From: Candidatus Aminicenantes bacterium
GTDB taxonomy: Bacteria > Acidobacteriota > Aminicenantia > UBA2199
Assembly: GCA_026393775.1 (NCBI GenBank)
Contig: JAPKZM010000269.1
Coordinates: 1 to 36,922, forward strand
DNA: 36,922 bases
Direction of reading: 5' to 3'
Shown here: positions 25,881 to 33,766 of the stretch, piece by piece
Layout of the letters: every line of letters begins with the position of its first letter
Position numbering within the stretch: the first letter of the stretch is position 1
Position numbers and translations under genes: made by a program
The notes under the pieces: generated by a model
What the model was told of the DNA's origin: nothing
The model's database searches: none
Seen by the model: the letters and a program-made list of their open reading frames with translations, nothing else

Positions 25881-27197
25881 TTGAGCCGCTTCCGGCTGCA
25901 TGACATCCTGGCGCCGCTGAGCGGCGGCATTGCCTTGATCGTCTTCGTGTACGGGCTCATCCAGAAATTTTTTATTTTCCCCTGGATCCTGATGCAATCC
26001 GGCTGGGACATATCGCCTTATTCAATGGCGTTGCGCAAGCAGGTCGCGTCGGGGCGCATTTTCGCCATCTTTCCCTTGCCGACATTGTACGCCATGGTCT
26101 GCGGTTTGCTGCTGATTTGTGTCACACACTATTTTTTTAAGGCCAGCGGCTGGCGCAAAGGATACTGGGCCGTCCTGTTCCTGCTGGGCGGGGCCAACCT
26201 GTTTTTTACCCAGTCGTTCGGCGGCATCATTTTCTTTACCGTCGGCGTGCTGTTTTACCTTTTCGTCTCCGGCATATTCAAGATCAAGTACCTGGCCCCC
26301 CTGCTCATGGTCCTGGCCCTGCTTTTTTCCCTGGTCGTGGCCATGCGCTTCTCCGAGGCCCGGGAATTGAAGCCCATTACGTTGCGTTTTGCCAACTGGC
26401 TCCAGGCCGGGCGAGTCATCGCCACGGCGCCGCTGCTGGGCACCGGCTTGGGCAATTATGAAACGGCCGTGCCGGCGCAGGTTTATCCGGGCGAACCCGC
26501 TTCCATATATGCCCATAACTTTTTTTTGCAGCTGACGGCTGAAATCGGTGTCCCCTGGCTGCTTCTCCTGCTGTTGCTCGCCGTGCCCTGGCTGAAGAAC
26601 AATTGCCGCAAGATTCTGCTACGTGAAAATGCCCTTTTTACCGCCCTCTGCATCCTGATTCTGTTCTTCAATCTTTTCGATGTGGGTAATTACTTCTTCG
26701 CGGCCGGGATAGGTTTTGCCGTCGCGTTCTCGCAGCTGTTCGATTTGAGCGGCCGCACGCGTTGGCTCTATTTTTGGCCGGTGGCTGTTTTAGCCGTCGT
26801 GCTGCTGGTCAATGAGATCGGCATTGACCGGCAAAAGACGGCTGATCTATGGCTGGTCCGCAAAGAGCTCGACAAGGCGGAACGCGGCTATCGCCGGGCT
26901 CTGCGCATCAACCCCTATTCGTACCGGGCCTGGCAGGGCTTGGCCGTTATTGCCCAGAAAAAAGGTGACTCCGCCGCGGCGGAGCGGATTTACGGAAAAA
27001 TCCTGGCCATATATCCTGGACAGGCTTATGCCAATTTCATGTTCTCGCAAGCCGCTTTCCGGCGGGAAGCCTATCTGACCGCCCTGGTTTACGCCAGACG
27101 GGCGGCGGAGGCGAACAAAAAAAATCATGAATACCAGAGGTGGCATGAATTTATTAAAACCCATCTTGCGGATCGGCTCCCGCTTTCAGGAAATTGA
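25881..27197 (+). CDS. Wzy_C-family membrane protein (O-antigen ligase / O-oligosaccharyltransferase / polymerase family) with C-terminal TPR repeats
   Basis: About 10-12 TM helices. The Wzy_C loop motif is GTGLGNYE...IYAHNFFLQLTAEIGVPW. The C-terminal TPR-like repeats include AERGYRRALRINPYSYRAWQGLAVIAQKKGD and AAAERIYGKILAIYPGQAYANF. The start is uncertain: TTG at 25881 has no SD, and the next ATG is at 25992. Confidence 0.75.
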   Translation: MSRFRLHDILAPLSGGIALIVFVYGLIQKFFIFPWILMQSGWDISPYSMALRKQVASGRIFAIFPLPTLYAMVCGLLLICVTHYFFKASGWRKGYWAVLFLLGGANLFFTQSFGGIIFFTVGVLFYLFVSGIFKIKYLAPLLMVLALLFSLVVAMRFSEARELKPITLRFANWLQAGRVIATAPLLGTGLGNYETAVPAQVYPGEPASIYAHNFFLQLTAEIGVPWLLLLLLLAVPWLKNNCRKILLRENALFTALCILILFFNLFDVGNYFFAAGIGFAVAFSQLFDLSGRTRWLYFWPVAVLAVVLLVNEIGIDRQKTADLWLVRKELDKAERGYRRALRINPYSYRAWQGLAVIAQKKGDSAAAERIYGKILAIYPGQAYANFMFSQAAFRREAYLTALVYARRAAEANKKNHEYQRWHEFIKTHLADRLPLSGN

Positions 27198-28977
27198 ATT
27201 TTCGGTTCTCCTGGCCTGGGCATTGCTCTTCCCGGCCAAGCAATCCTACCTCTATTATTTCGGCTTCACCGCGCTGCTGGTTTTGTTCTCCCTGAAAAAA
27301 ATCTTCGCCCTGAAAAATATTTCCTTCATGCGCGTTTCGGTGTTCTTGTTGTTGTTCAATGCCCTGTTGATTGGGTGCACTTTTTTTTCCCCTCAACCCG
27401 GCAAATCGCTCTTGTTCGTCTGCGACATTTTCCTGCTTTCGTTTTGGTTTTTTCTGTTCGACATAGAAAAGATCGACGTGAGCCGCTACTTGCGTTTGCT
27501 GGCCTACGTCATATCGATCGCTTCCCTGGCGATCGTCATTTTATTCGCATGGCAAACCGGCCGCAATCCGCTGGGGACGGTTTTTAAAAATCCAATCCTG
27601 CAGGGCATCGCGGCGGCGCTGGCCGCCCTGTTCTTTCTCCATGCCCTCTTGCAGAAATTCGCAGCCAGCGACCTGGCGCTGCTGCTCATCAACACGGGGG
27701 CGGTGATCGTCAGCGCTTCCAAGGCCGCTGCCCTTGGCTTGGCATTGTTCTCAGCCGCCCTGATCATAGCCAGGAAAAGGAGATGGCTGATCTTTTTCCT
27801 TGGGCTCGTGCTCTTGCTGGCGCTGGTTCCCAATCCTCTGCGGCGTATGGTCGGCCATTCGTTGGAGCATGATCCCTATGTGTTGAATCGCCTCGACATC
27901 TGGAACATGTCGGCCCGCATGTTCCGCGCCAATCCCTGGACCGGCATCGGGCCCGACCTGTTCAGCGAGGCGGCCAGGCGTTTTAACTTTCCCCAGGAAA
28001 AAGGCCCGGCCCGCTATGCCAAACTGCCCGAATCACCGCACAGTGATTATTGGAAGGTGATCGTCGAGACCGGCCTGGCCGGCTTGATCTTTGTCCTGTT
28101 GTTTCTGTTTTTCACCATCCGCTGTATGCTGGCGCCGCCCTGGTTCGACCTGCCCAAGGTGTTGTTGGCCTTTCTGTTGCTGCAGATGCTGTTTTTCAAC
28201 TTCATTTTCAATATTTTTTTCCTGTCGGTCATGCTTTTCCTGCTGTATGCTTTTTTTTGGCGGCGTTTGTTTTTTGTTTTGCTGACTCCCGCTTTCAAGG
28301 TTTTTTTGTCGGGATTACTGGTTTTGGTTTTTATCCTTTTTTATTTGTTGCCTTTTTGCGCTGACCGTATGCTGCAAACAGCAGCCGTGGAAAAAGACAT
28401 TGTCCGGCGTTTCGCCTTGTTGAACCATGCCGCTCTCTTCAGTCCGCTGGATGAACGAGTACTCGTGGCGCGCGCTCAGACTCTACGCGGGTTTTTCAAA
28501 GCTTCAGGCAGCCTGGAGGCGTGGGTGGCGGCCTGGGAAGATCTGCGTTCCGCCCAAAGAATAAACCGCAACAGCAGCGAGGCTTGCGTTTTAGAAGCGG
28601 CGTTATTCGGGGATATCCTGGAAAAAAGGATCACGTACTCCGCTCTGGCGGAGGAAATGCTGGCTCCGCTGCGCCGGGCCCAAGAGCTCGAGCCGTTCAA
28701 CCCTTTCTTACGCTTGCAGCAAGCGATGATTTTAAACGAGTTTGACCGCCTTCCGGAGGCGCGAAGCCTGGCGAGTGACGCCCTGGACCTGGAACCGGAC
28801 TACGTCGCGGCCCTGTTCTTCGTGCGGCGCCTGGAAGGTTCTCCGCAGGGGGACGCCACTTTCCAGAGGCGCATCGCGCGGATTCAAGCCAAAGCGGAAA
28901 CCTTGCGGGTCCAACCCGGCTCTTATCTTTACGATCTGTTCCGCTTGCCGGCGGGCGCAGGCAGCGCTGGGCGCTGA
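27145..28977 (+). CDS. Second Wzy_C-family membrane protein with a C-terminal TPR domain
   Basis: The Wzy_C motif is WTGIGPDLF...PHSDYWKVIVETGLAGL. There are many TM helices and a C-terminal helical-repeat (TPR-like) domain of about 200 aa. The ORF opens at 27127. The ATG at 27145 follows GAGGTGG. Either start overlaps the previous gene by 53-71 nt. Confidence 0.75.
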   Translation: MNLLKPILRIGSRFQEIEFSVLLAWALLFPAKQSYLYYFGFTALLVLFSLKKIFALKNISFMRVSVFLLLFNALLIGCTFFSPQPGKSLLFVCDIFLLSFWFFLFDIEKIDVSRYLRLLAYVISIASLAIVILFAWQTGRNPLGTVFKNPILQGIAAALAALFFLHALLQKFAASDLALLLINTGAVIVSASKAAALGLALFSAALIIARKRRWLIFFLGLVLLLALVPNPLRRMVGHSLEHDPYVLNRLDIWNMSARMFRANPWTGIGPDLFSEAARRFNFPQEKGPARYAKLPESPHSDYWKVIVETGLAGLIFVLLFLFFTIRCMLAPPWFDLPKVLLAFLLLQMLFFNFIFNIFFLSVMLFLLYAFFWRRLFFVLLTPAFKVFLSGLLVLVFILFYLLPFCADRMLQTAAVEKDIVRRFALLNHAALFSPLDERVLVARAQTLRGFFKASGSLEAWVAAWEDLRSAQRINRNSSEACVLEAALFGDILEKRITYSALAEEMLAPLRRAQELEPFNPFLRLQQAMILNEFDRLPEARSLASDALDLEPDYVAALFFVRRLEGSPQGDATFQRRIARIQAKAETLRVQPGSYLYDLFRLPAGAGSAGR

Positions 28978-29658
28978 TCAGTCGCTTTCAGCTTCCAAAC
29001 GGATGAAAATATAGGGATTGCGATAGTCGTTGGTACGAATCTTGACCAGGTTGTTGAAAGCTCCTTTGGCGAACGGGGTGAAATTGAGGGTGATCTCGGT
29101 GGTCTTCTTGGCGCCCACCAGATTGGTTTTGAACTGCAGGGAGACCTCCGGGCTGCAGCTGACCTCGATGATACGCAAATCATTGGTCCCGCTGTTGCTC
29201 AGATTGAGCTTGCGGGTGTAGGTTTTGCCGACTGCCACTGCGGTAAAATCGATGCGCTCCGGCTTGAGGTCGGCCTGGGCGAAATCCTTGATGAGCACGG
29301 TGCCGCTGAAGGTCAGGCGGACTTCGGCGGTTTCGGCGTCATTGCTGGTCACGGTGATGGTCTTGATGACCTTGCCGTTATAGCCGCTGGTATTGAATTT
29401 GCTCGCGATGGTACCCTTTTCGCCGGCTTTGTATTCCTTCTTGGCCAATCCGGCTGTGGTGCAGCCGCAGGAAGGGACGATATTCTTAATGATCAGGAGG
29501 TCGGAACCCGCGTTTTCAAATTCAAAATTGACGTCCACCATCTGGCCGCTTTCCACTTCGCCAAAATCAACAAACATGCTTTTAAATTTAATCACCGGCT
29601 TGGCGAACATCTGCACTGACGCCAGCAGGATAGACAGTCCCAGTATGCACTTTTTCAT
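28978..29658 (-). CDS. DUF1573 domain-containing secreted protein
   Basis: Has a signal peptide (MKKCILGLSILLASVQMFA) and the DUF1573 hallmark IVPSCGCTT, followed by a second Ig-like repeat. The start at 29658 forms an ATGA overlap with the lpxD stop and follows a GGAGG SD. The stop abuts the convergent gene's stop. Confidence 0.8.
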   Translation of the reverse strand: MKKCILGLSILLASVQMFAKPVIKFKSMFVDFGEVESGQMVDVNFEFENAGSDLLIIKNIVPSCGCTTAGLAKKEYKAGEKGTIASKFNTSGYNGKVIKTITVTSNDAETAEVRLTFSGTVLIKDFAQADLKPERIDFTAVAVGKTYTRKLNLSNSGTNDLRIIEVSCSPEVSLQFKTNLVGAKKTTEITLNFTPFAKGAFNNLVKIRTNDYRNPYIFIRLEAESD

Positions 29659-30677
29659 TTTGCCTCCCATTCTTTGATCTTGGCCTCTATTTTCTGCAGT
29701 CTTTCTTTCCAGGCGCCGAGGTTCCTCAGCAGGACCATGCTTTTTCTCCAGGCGCTGATTTCCTGGTGGGGAATGCCGGCAACGATCATTTTGCTTTTGA
29801 TCGATCCGCTGACGCCGCTCTTGGCGGCGATCATGACACCGTCGGCGATTTTAACATGGTCGGCGATTCCCACCTGGCCGCCCATGACCACTTGGGCGCC
29901 GATTTCGGTGGAACCGGAAATGCCGGTCTGCGAAGAAATGACCGTATTTTTGCCGATGCGGACATTGTGCCCGATTTGGACCAGGTTGTCCAGCTTCGTA
30001 TTTTCGGCCAGGGCAGTTTCCTCGATGGTCGAGCGGTCGATGCACGTATTGGCCCCGATTTCGCAGCCGGAGGCGATAAGCACCTTGCCTTTTTGCGGGA
30101 TTTTTACCGGCGCCCCGTCCAGGCCATGGCCGTAGCCGAAACCGTCGGCGCCGATGACGGCTCCAGGATGAATGATCACCCGGTCGCCGATTTCCACGTT
30201 TTCGCGGATGACGACCCGGGAATAGATCAGGCAATCGCGGCCGATCGTGACGTCGCGGTAGATGACCACTCCAGCGTGGATTTCCGTGTTTTCGCCGATC
30301 CGGCTGTTTTCGCCGACATAGGAGAAGGGGCCGATGCGGACATTCTTCTCCAGCCGGGCCTTTTCCGAAATGCTGGCGTTGGCGGCGATGCCCGAGCAGA
30401 AAGGCCGCTGCGGATGAAAGAAATCCAGCAGCCTGGCGAAAGCCAGCTGGGGATCGGCGACCAGCACCCGGTTCGGGTAGTTATAGGAACTATCGGCGGC
30501 TACGATCAGTGCTCCGGCGTGGATCATCGACAGGTCCACATCTTCCTTGTCCTTGGCGATGAAAGCGATTTCATCGGCAGTGGCTTTTTTCAAGGACTGG
30601 ATGCCGTTGATCTCGAGGTCGGGATCTCCGTGCAGCTGGCCGGAAACGAGCTCAGTGATCTTTTTTAGGTTTGGCAT
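29655..30677 (-). CDS. lpxD: UDP-3-O-acylglucosamine N-acyltransferase
   Basis: The LpxD-type N-terminal domain reads MPNLKKITELVSGQLHGDPDLEINGIQSLKKATADEIAFI. Long hexapeptide (left-handed beta-helix) repeats and a C-terminal helix follow. Confidence 0.9.
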   Translation of the reverse strand: MPNLKKITELVSGQLHGDPDLEINGIQSLKKATADEIAFIAKDKEDVDLSMIHAGALIVAADSSYNYPNRVLVADPQLAFARLLDFFHPQRPFCSGIAANASISEKARLEKNVRIGPFSYVGENSRIGENTEIHAGVVIYRDVTIGRDCLIYSRVVIRENVEIGDRVIIHPGAVIGADGFGYGHGLDGAPVKIPQKGKVLIASGCEIGANTCIDRSTIEETALAENTKLDNLVQIGHNVRIGKNTVISSQTGISGSTEIGAQVVMGGQVGIADHVKIADGVMIAAKSGVSGSIKSKMIVAGIPHQEISAWRKSMVLLRNLGAWKERLQKIEAKIKEWEAK

Positions 30678-31539
30678 TTTCCTCTTTGTCCAGCAGAAAG
30701 GTGAATTTCGCTCCGTAGAGCATGATGCCCATGGTCATCTCCATCCAGAATCCGAAAAGGATGATGGCCACGATGGGGCTCTCTATTTTACGCAGCACCG
30801 ATACGTGGATCAGGTAATAGGTATAGGCCCTTTTAATTAACTCCCACAGCAGGGCCGAAAAGACCGCGGCGATCAGGGCGGCGCCCGCCTTGATTTTCTT
30901 TTCCGGAATCCATTTGAACAGGATGAAAAAAAACAAAAAAGTGACCAGGAAGGGGAGAACGATTCTGACCAGCAAGTTGTCGATGGAAAGGACGAAAGCC
31001 GGGTCGATGTATTTTTTAAAAAAGGGGTTTTCCGCCGCCAGGGTATTGATGGTGGAAATCAGGCCGGTGAACAGGAACGAAAAAACGATCAGGATGCCGG
31101 CAATCATCAGCAAGCCGATCTCCTTGATCCTCCTGAGCAGGATGCCGTGCCTGATCTTGATGAAGAACATGTCGTTGATGTAATGGATCATTTTATTGAA
31201 GACCTGGATGCCCACAAACAGGAATACGGCCAACCCGATCAGGCCCAGATCCTCTACCTGGGCGGCCAATTCGCCGGCTTTCTGGAAAAAAATAGGGGCT
31301 ATTTTCGAAAAAAACTCGGGAGAGAACGGGTACATGTTTTTCACGGCGTTGCCTGGGTCGCCGATGAACTTGTTGAAAAGGAATGAAAAAAAAATCAGCA
31401 GGAAAAACGATGAAAAAATCGAGTAATAGGCGAGGATGGATGATTTGTCGATCCCGTTCTCGCTCAAAAAATATTTAAGGGCCAGCCAGCCGTTCTTGAC
31501 GACATGAACCGGCGCTAAAGCATGGTCTCGTTTTTTCAT
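30652..31539 (-). CDS. YihY/BrkB-family inner-membrane protein
   Basis: 295 aa with 6 TM helices. Family-like segments are SSILAYYSIFSSFFLL near the N-terminus and ...ILFGFWMEMTMGIMLYGAKFTF near the C-terminus. Confidence 0.7.
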   Translation of the reverse strand: MKKRDHALAPVHVVKNGWLALKYFLSENGIDKSSILAYYSIFSSFFLLIFFSFLFNKFIGDPGNAVKNMYPFSPEFFSKIAPIFFQKAGELAAQVEDLGLIGLAVFLFVGIQVFNKMIHYINDMFFIKIRHGILLRRIKEIGLLMIAGILIVFSFLFTGLISTINTLAAENPFFKKYIDPAFVLSIDNLLVRIVLPFLVTFLFFFILFKWIPEKKIKAGAALIAAVFSALLWELIKRAYTYYLIHVSVLRKIESPIVAIILFGFWMEMTMGIMLYGAKFTFLLDKEENAKPKKDH

Positions 31540-31584
31540 TGGCAGAAACGGGGGGAAGCGTACCGCATTCTCCCGGTTTAATGG

Positions 31585-31929
31585 CTATTTTACGACGGTG
31601 TAATTACCCCATTTGACGAAGAAAAGAATCAGGTCGATCAGCAGAACGTAAATGACCAGGGATTCCATCAGGGCCAGGGCGATGATCAGCATGCCGCGAA
31701 TCGAATCGGCCGCGGCCGGGTTGCGGGCGATGTTGTCCGCGGCGGAGCGGAACGCCCGCGATTGGCTGGTAATGCCCACGATGGCCGCCACGACCAAGCA
31801 GAGGCTGCCGATGAGGGTGGTCCAGAAAAACATCGATGACGTGATCCCGGGCTGTTCTGCGCCCTGGGCGGGGAGTGCCGAGGCCATGATGAGCAGTCCC
31901 AAAAAGATCAGAAGCGGTTTTTTTCTCAT
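31585..31929 (-). CDS. atpE: ATP synthase Fo subunit c, with a signal-peptide-like N-terminal extension
   Basis: The loop motif is NIARNPAAAD and the ion-binding helix is IIALALMESLVIYVLLI. I placed the start at 31929 (MRKKPLL) because GAGGAGG lies 9 nt upstream. The track's ATG at 31947 sits inside that SD. Confidence 0.85.
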   Translation of the reverse strand: MRKKPLLIFLGLLIMASALPAQGAEQPGITSSMFFWTTLIGSLCLVVAAIVGITSQSRAFRSAADNIARNPAAADSIRGMLIIALALMESLVIYVLLIDLILFFVKWGNYTVVK

Positions 31930-31954
31930 TTCGTATATCCTCCTCATTGTTTTT

Positions 31955-32671
31955 TTAATGTTCGCTAGCCATGGCGCCGGCGAGGTACACCGACGCCAGC
32001 ATGATAAAAATATAGGCCTGCAACAGTGAAGTGAAAATGGCTAAGGCCATCATCGGCAGCGGAGCGATAAAAGAGACTAGATATGTTGTGATAATGATGA
32101 TAACCATATCCTCACCGTAAATATTACAGAAAAGCCTGACCGTCAGAGACAACGGCCGGGAAAATTGGGAAATAATTTCAATAGGAGCAAATAGCCAGGA
32201 CAACCACCAGGCCGGGCCGGTGAACGTTTTCAGATATCCGAAAAAACCGTGTTTTTTCACTCCCTGGGCATGATAATAAAGAAAAGTGAATATAGCACAG
32301 CCGGCGGGAACGTTTATGTTGGATGTGGGGGAGCTCATTTCCGGGAAAAGCCCGATCAGGTTGGCCAAAGCGATGAACAGACCCAGCGTGCCCAGGGCGG
32401 GGATGAATTTCCGGCCATCGGGTCCGATGGTGTCGTCGACGTGGTTCCTGAGAAACAGGTAGAGCGTTTCCAGCAGCGTTTGCATTTTTTTTGGAAACAG
32501 GGACAGGTTCCTGACCGTGAGCTTGAAAAAAATAACCAGGATCACGGTGACGATCAAGGCCATGATCAGGTGGGTGGGCAGGGGGTCAGCGTGCAGACGG
32601 AAACCCAGCGCCTGGGCGATAAAGCGGATCAGGCGGTTGATCAGGCTGGCGACCAGGGGATTATGTTCCAT
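31955..32671 (-). CDS. atpB: ATP synthase Fo subunit a
   Basis: 238 aa and polytopic. The conserved Arg helix reads SRPLSLTVRLFCNIYGEDMV, followed by ...LLQAYIFIMLASVYL. Confidence 0.9.
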   Translation of the reverse strand: MEHNPLVASLINRLIRFIAQALGFRLHADPLPTHLIMALIVTVILVIFFKLTVRNLSLFPKKMQTLLETLYLFLRNHVDDTIGPDGRKFIPALGTLGLFIALANLIGLFPEMSSPTSNINVPAGCAIFTFLYYHAQGVKKHGFFGYLKTFTGPAWWLSWLFAPIEIISQFSRPLSLTVRLFCNIYGEDMVIIIITTYLVSFIAPLPMMALAIFTSLLQAYIFIMLASVYLAGAMASEH

Positions 32672-33047
32672 GGCTTGCGTTCCCGGAAAAGCGGGCCAGT
32701 CCCTCGATCAGGACGGCCAGGTAGACGATGGCGACGCCCTGGATGAAAAAAACAGCGCCGCTTTTCGTCCAGCGGCTGAACGCATAGAAGGCGGCGGCGA
32801 TAATCAGCAATTTCACCTGGGCCAATAAGAAAAACATCATCCTTCCTTTGCCTTTTTTTAAAATGCGGTCGGTCGATCGGATCAGTAGCGTAAAAGCGGC
32901 GATACTGATGGCGGCGCCCGTGAGGGAAATTATACAATAAATGAAGCTTTTTGTAAAAAAATAGATGAGAACCATGGCGATGATCTCCGCGCCGATCGCC
33001 TTGATGCCCACCTGGCCGCCGATATCCGGCTTACTTTTTATTGTCAT
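32661..33047 (-). CDS. atpI: AtpI-like small membrane protein
   Basis: About 128 aa with 4 hydrophobic segments, located immediately upstream of atpB. The start is ambiguous among 33077, 33047 and 32975. Confidence 0.5.
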   Translation of the reverse strand: MTIKSKPDIGGQVGIKAIGAEIIAMVLIYFFTKSFIYCIISLTGAAISIAAFTLLIRSTDRILKKGKGRMMFFLLAQVKLLIIAAAFYAFSRWTKSGAVFFIQGVAIVYLAVLIEGLARFSGNASHGT

Positions 33048-33246
33048 GGGAGCGGGTGACGGCGAACAGGTTGACAAAACCGGCCAGGATCCCGTAGATG
33101 ATGAAAATGATGGTCAAATAGGGGTCGGTTTTCAGCCATTTATCCAAATAATAGCCGATGGCGAACCCGACCAGGATGGAGCTAGGAAACATCAGTCCGA
33201 CCGATGCGTAAGTCGGCCATTTTTTCTTGTCCGGCAAGGGCGGCAT
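33031..33246 (-). CDS. atpZ: AtpZ-type small membrane protein (ATPase_gene1 family)
   Basis: 71 aa with two TM helices. The family-like segment is VGFAIGYYLDKWLKTDPYLTIIFIIYGILAGF. Confidence 0.65.
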   Translation of the reverse strand: MPPLPDKKKWPTYASVGLMFPSSILVGFAIGYYLDKWLKTDPYLTIIFIIYGILAGFVNLFAVTRSHDNKK

Positions 33247-33289
33247 GGTGCTTAGGCTTCAGGCCGAAAAGGGTAGGATGCGGCGGCGG

Positions 33290-33646
33290 TCAATAATCTT
33301 CATCCCCTTCATCGTCTTTCATGTCGAAGCCATCCAGGTCTTCTTCGGAATCGTCATCACCGAAATTTTCTTCTTCCTCGTAATAATTCATCGTTTCGAA
33401 ATTTTCCGCGCCGAACTCGGTTTTGCGTATTTCGATGGTCTTGTGGAATTCATCCTTGTCTTCAAAATGCCTGATGAAATTGGCGTCCAGTTCGCTGTAA
33501 AACAATTCCAGGTAGTCGTCTTCGATATAGCAAAAAACCGACATGTGCTCGTCCGTGTCCAGGGCGCCAACCACTTCGATGATCTTGGTCGCGGCGGCTT
33601 TCAAGATGTCAAGCGTTTGCCACGAAATGATTTCGATCTGCTCCAT
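33290..33646 (-). CDS. Hypothetical, highly acidic 118-aa protein
   Basis: AAGGAG SD 9 nt upstream. The C-terminal tail is YYEEEENFGDDDSEEDLDGFDMKDDEGDEDY. I do not recognise a family. Confidence 0.6.
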   Translation of the reverse strand: MEQIEIISWQTLDILKAAATKIIEVVGALDTDEHMSVFCYIEDDYLELFYSELDANFIRHFEDKDEFHKTIEIRKTEFGAENFETMNYYEEEENFGDDDSEEDLDGFDMKDDEGDEDY

Positions 33647-33682
33647 CAGCGAATACTCCTTGGCGAATTTTTATATTGTTCT

Positions 33683-33711
33683 TATTTAATTTGATAAATT
33701 ACTTTTGTCAA
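33683..33711 (-). promoter_or_regulatory. Candidate sigma70 promoter for the acidic protein / atpZIBE unit
   Basis: The minus strand reads TTGACA (33711-33706), a 17-nt spacer, then TAAATA (33688-33683), about 35 nt upstream of the ATG at 33646. Confidence 0.4.
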
Positions 33712-33766
33712 GTGTTTTTTAAATATTTTTTCAGATAGTGCCCGGTCAGCGATTTTTTGTCTTTCA

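Noticed and set aside
31930-31947. Upstream ATG (MRRIYE...) given as the atpE start in the ORF track.
   Set aside because: That ATG lies inside the GAGGAGG Shine-Dalgarno sequence that serves the ATG at 31929, so the shorter form is the plausible one.
31585-33246. The idea that the atp genes belong to an N-ATPase (atpDCQRBEFAG) island.
   Set aside because: N-ATPase operons begin with atpD-atpC and continue with atpF-atpA-atpG after atpE. Here the unit is preceded by an unrelated acidic protein and followed by yihY and lpxD. The small upstream proteins also look like AtpZ and AtpI rather than AtpQ and AtpR. A split F-type operon is the simpler reading.
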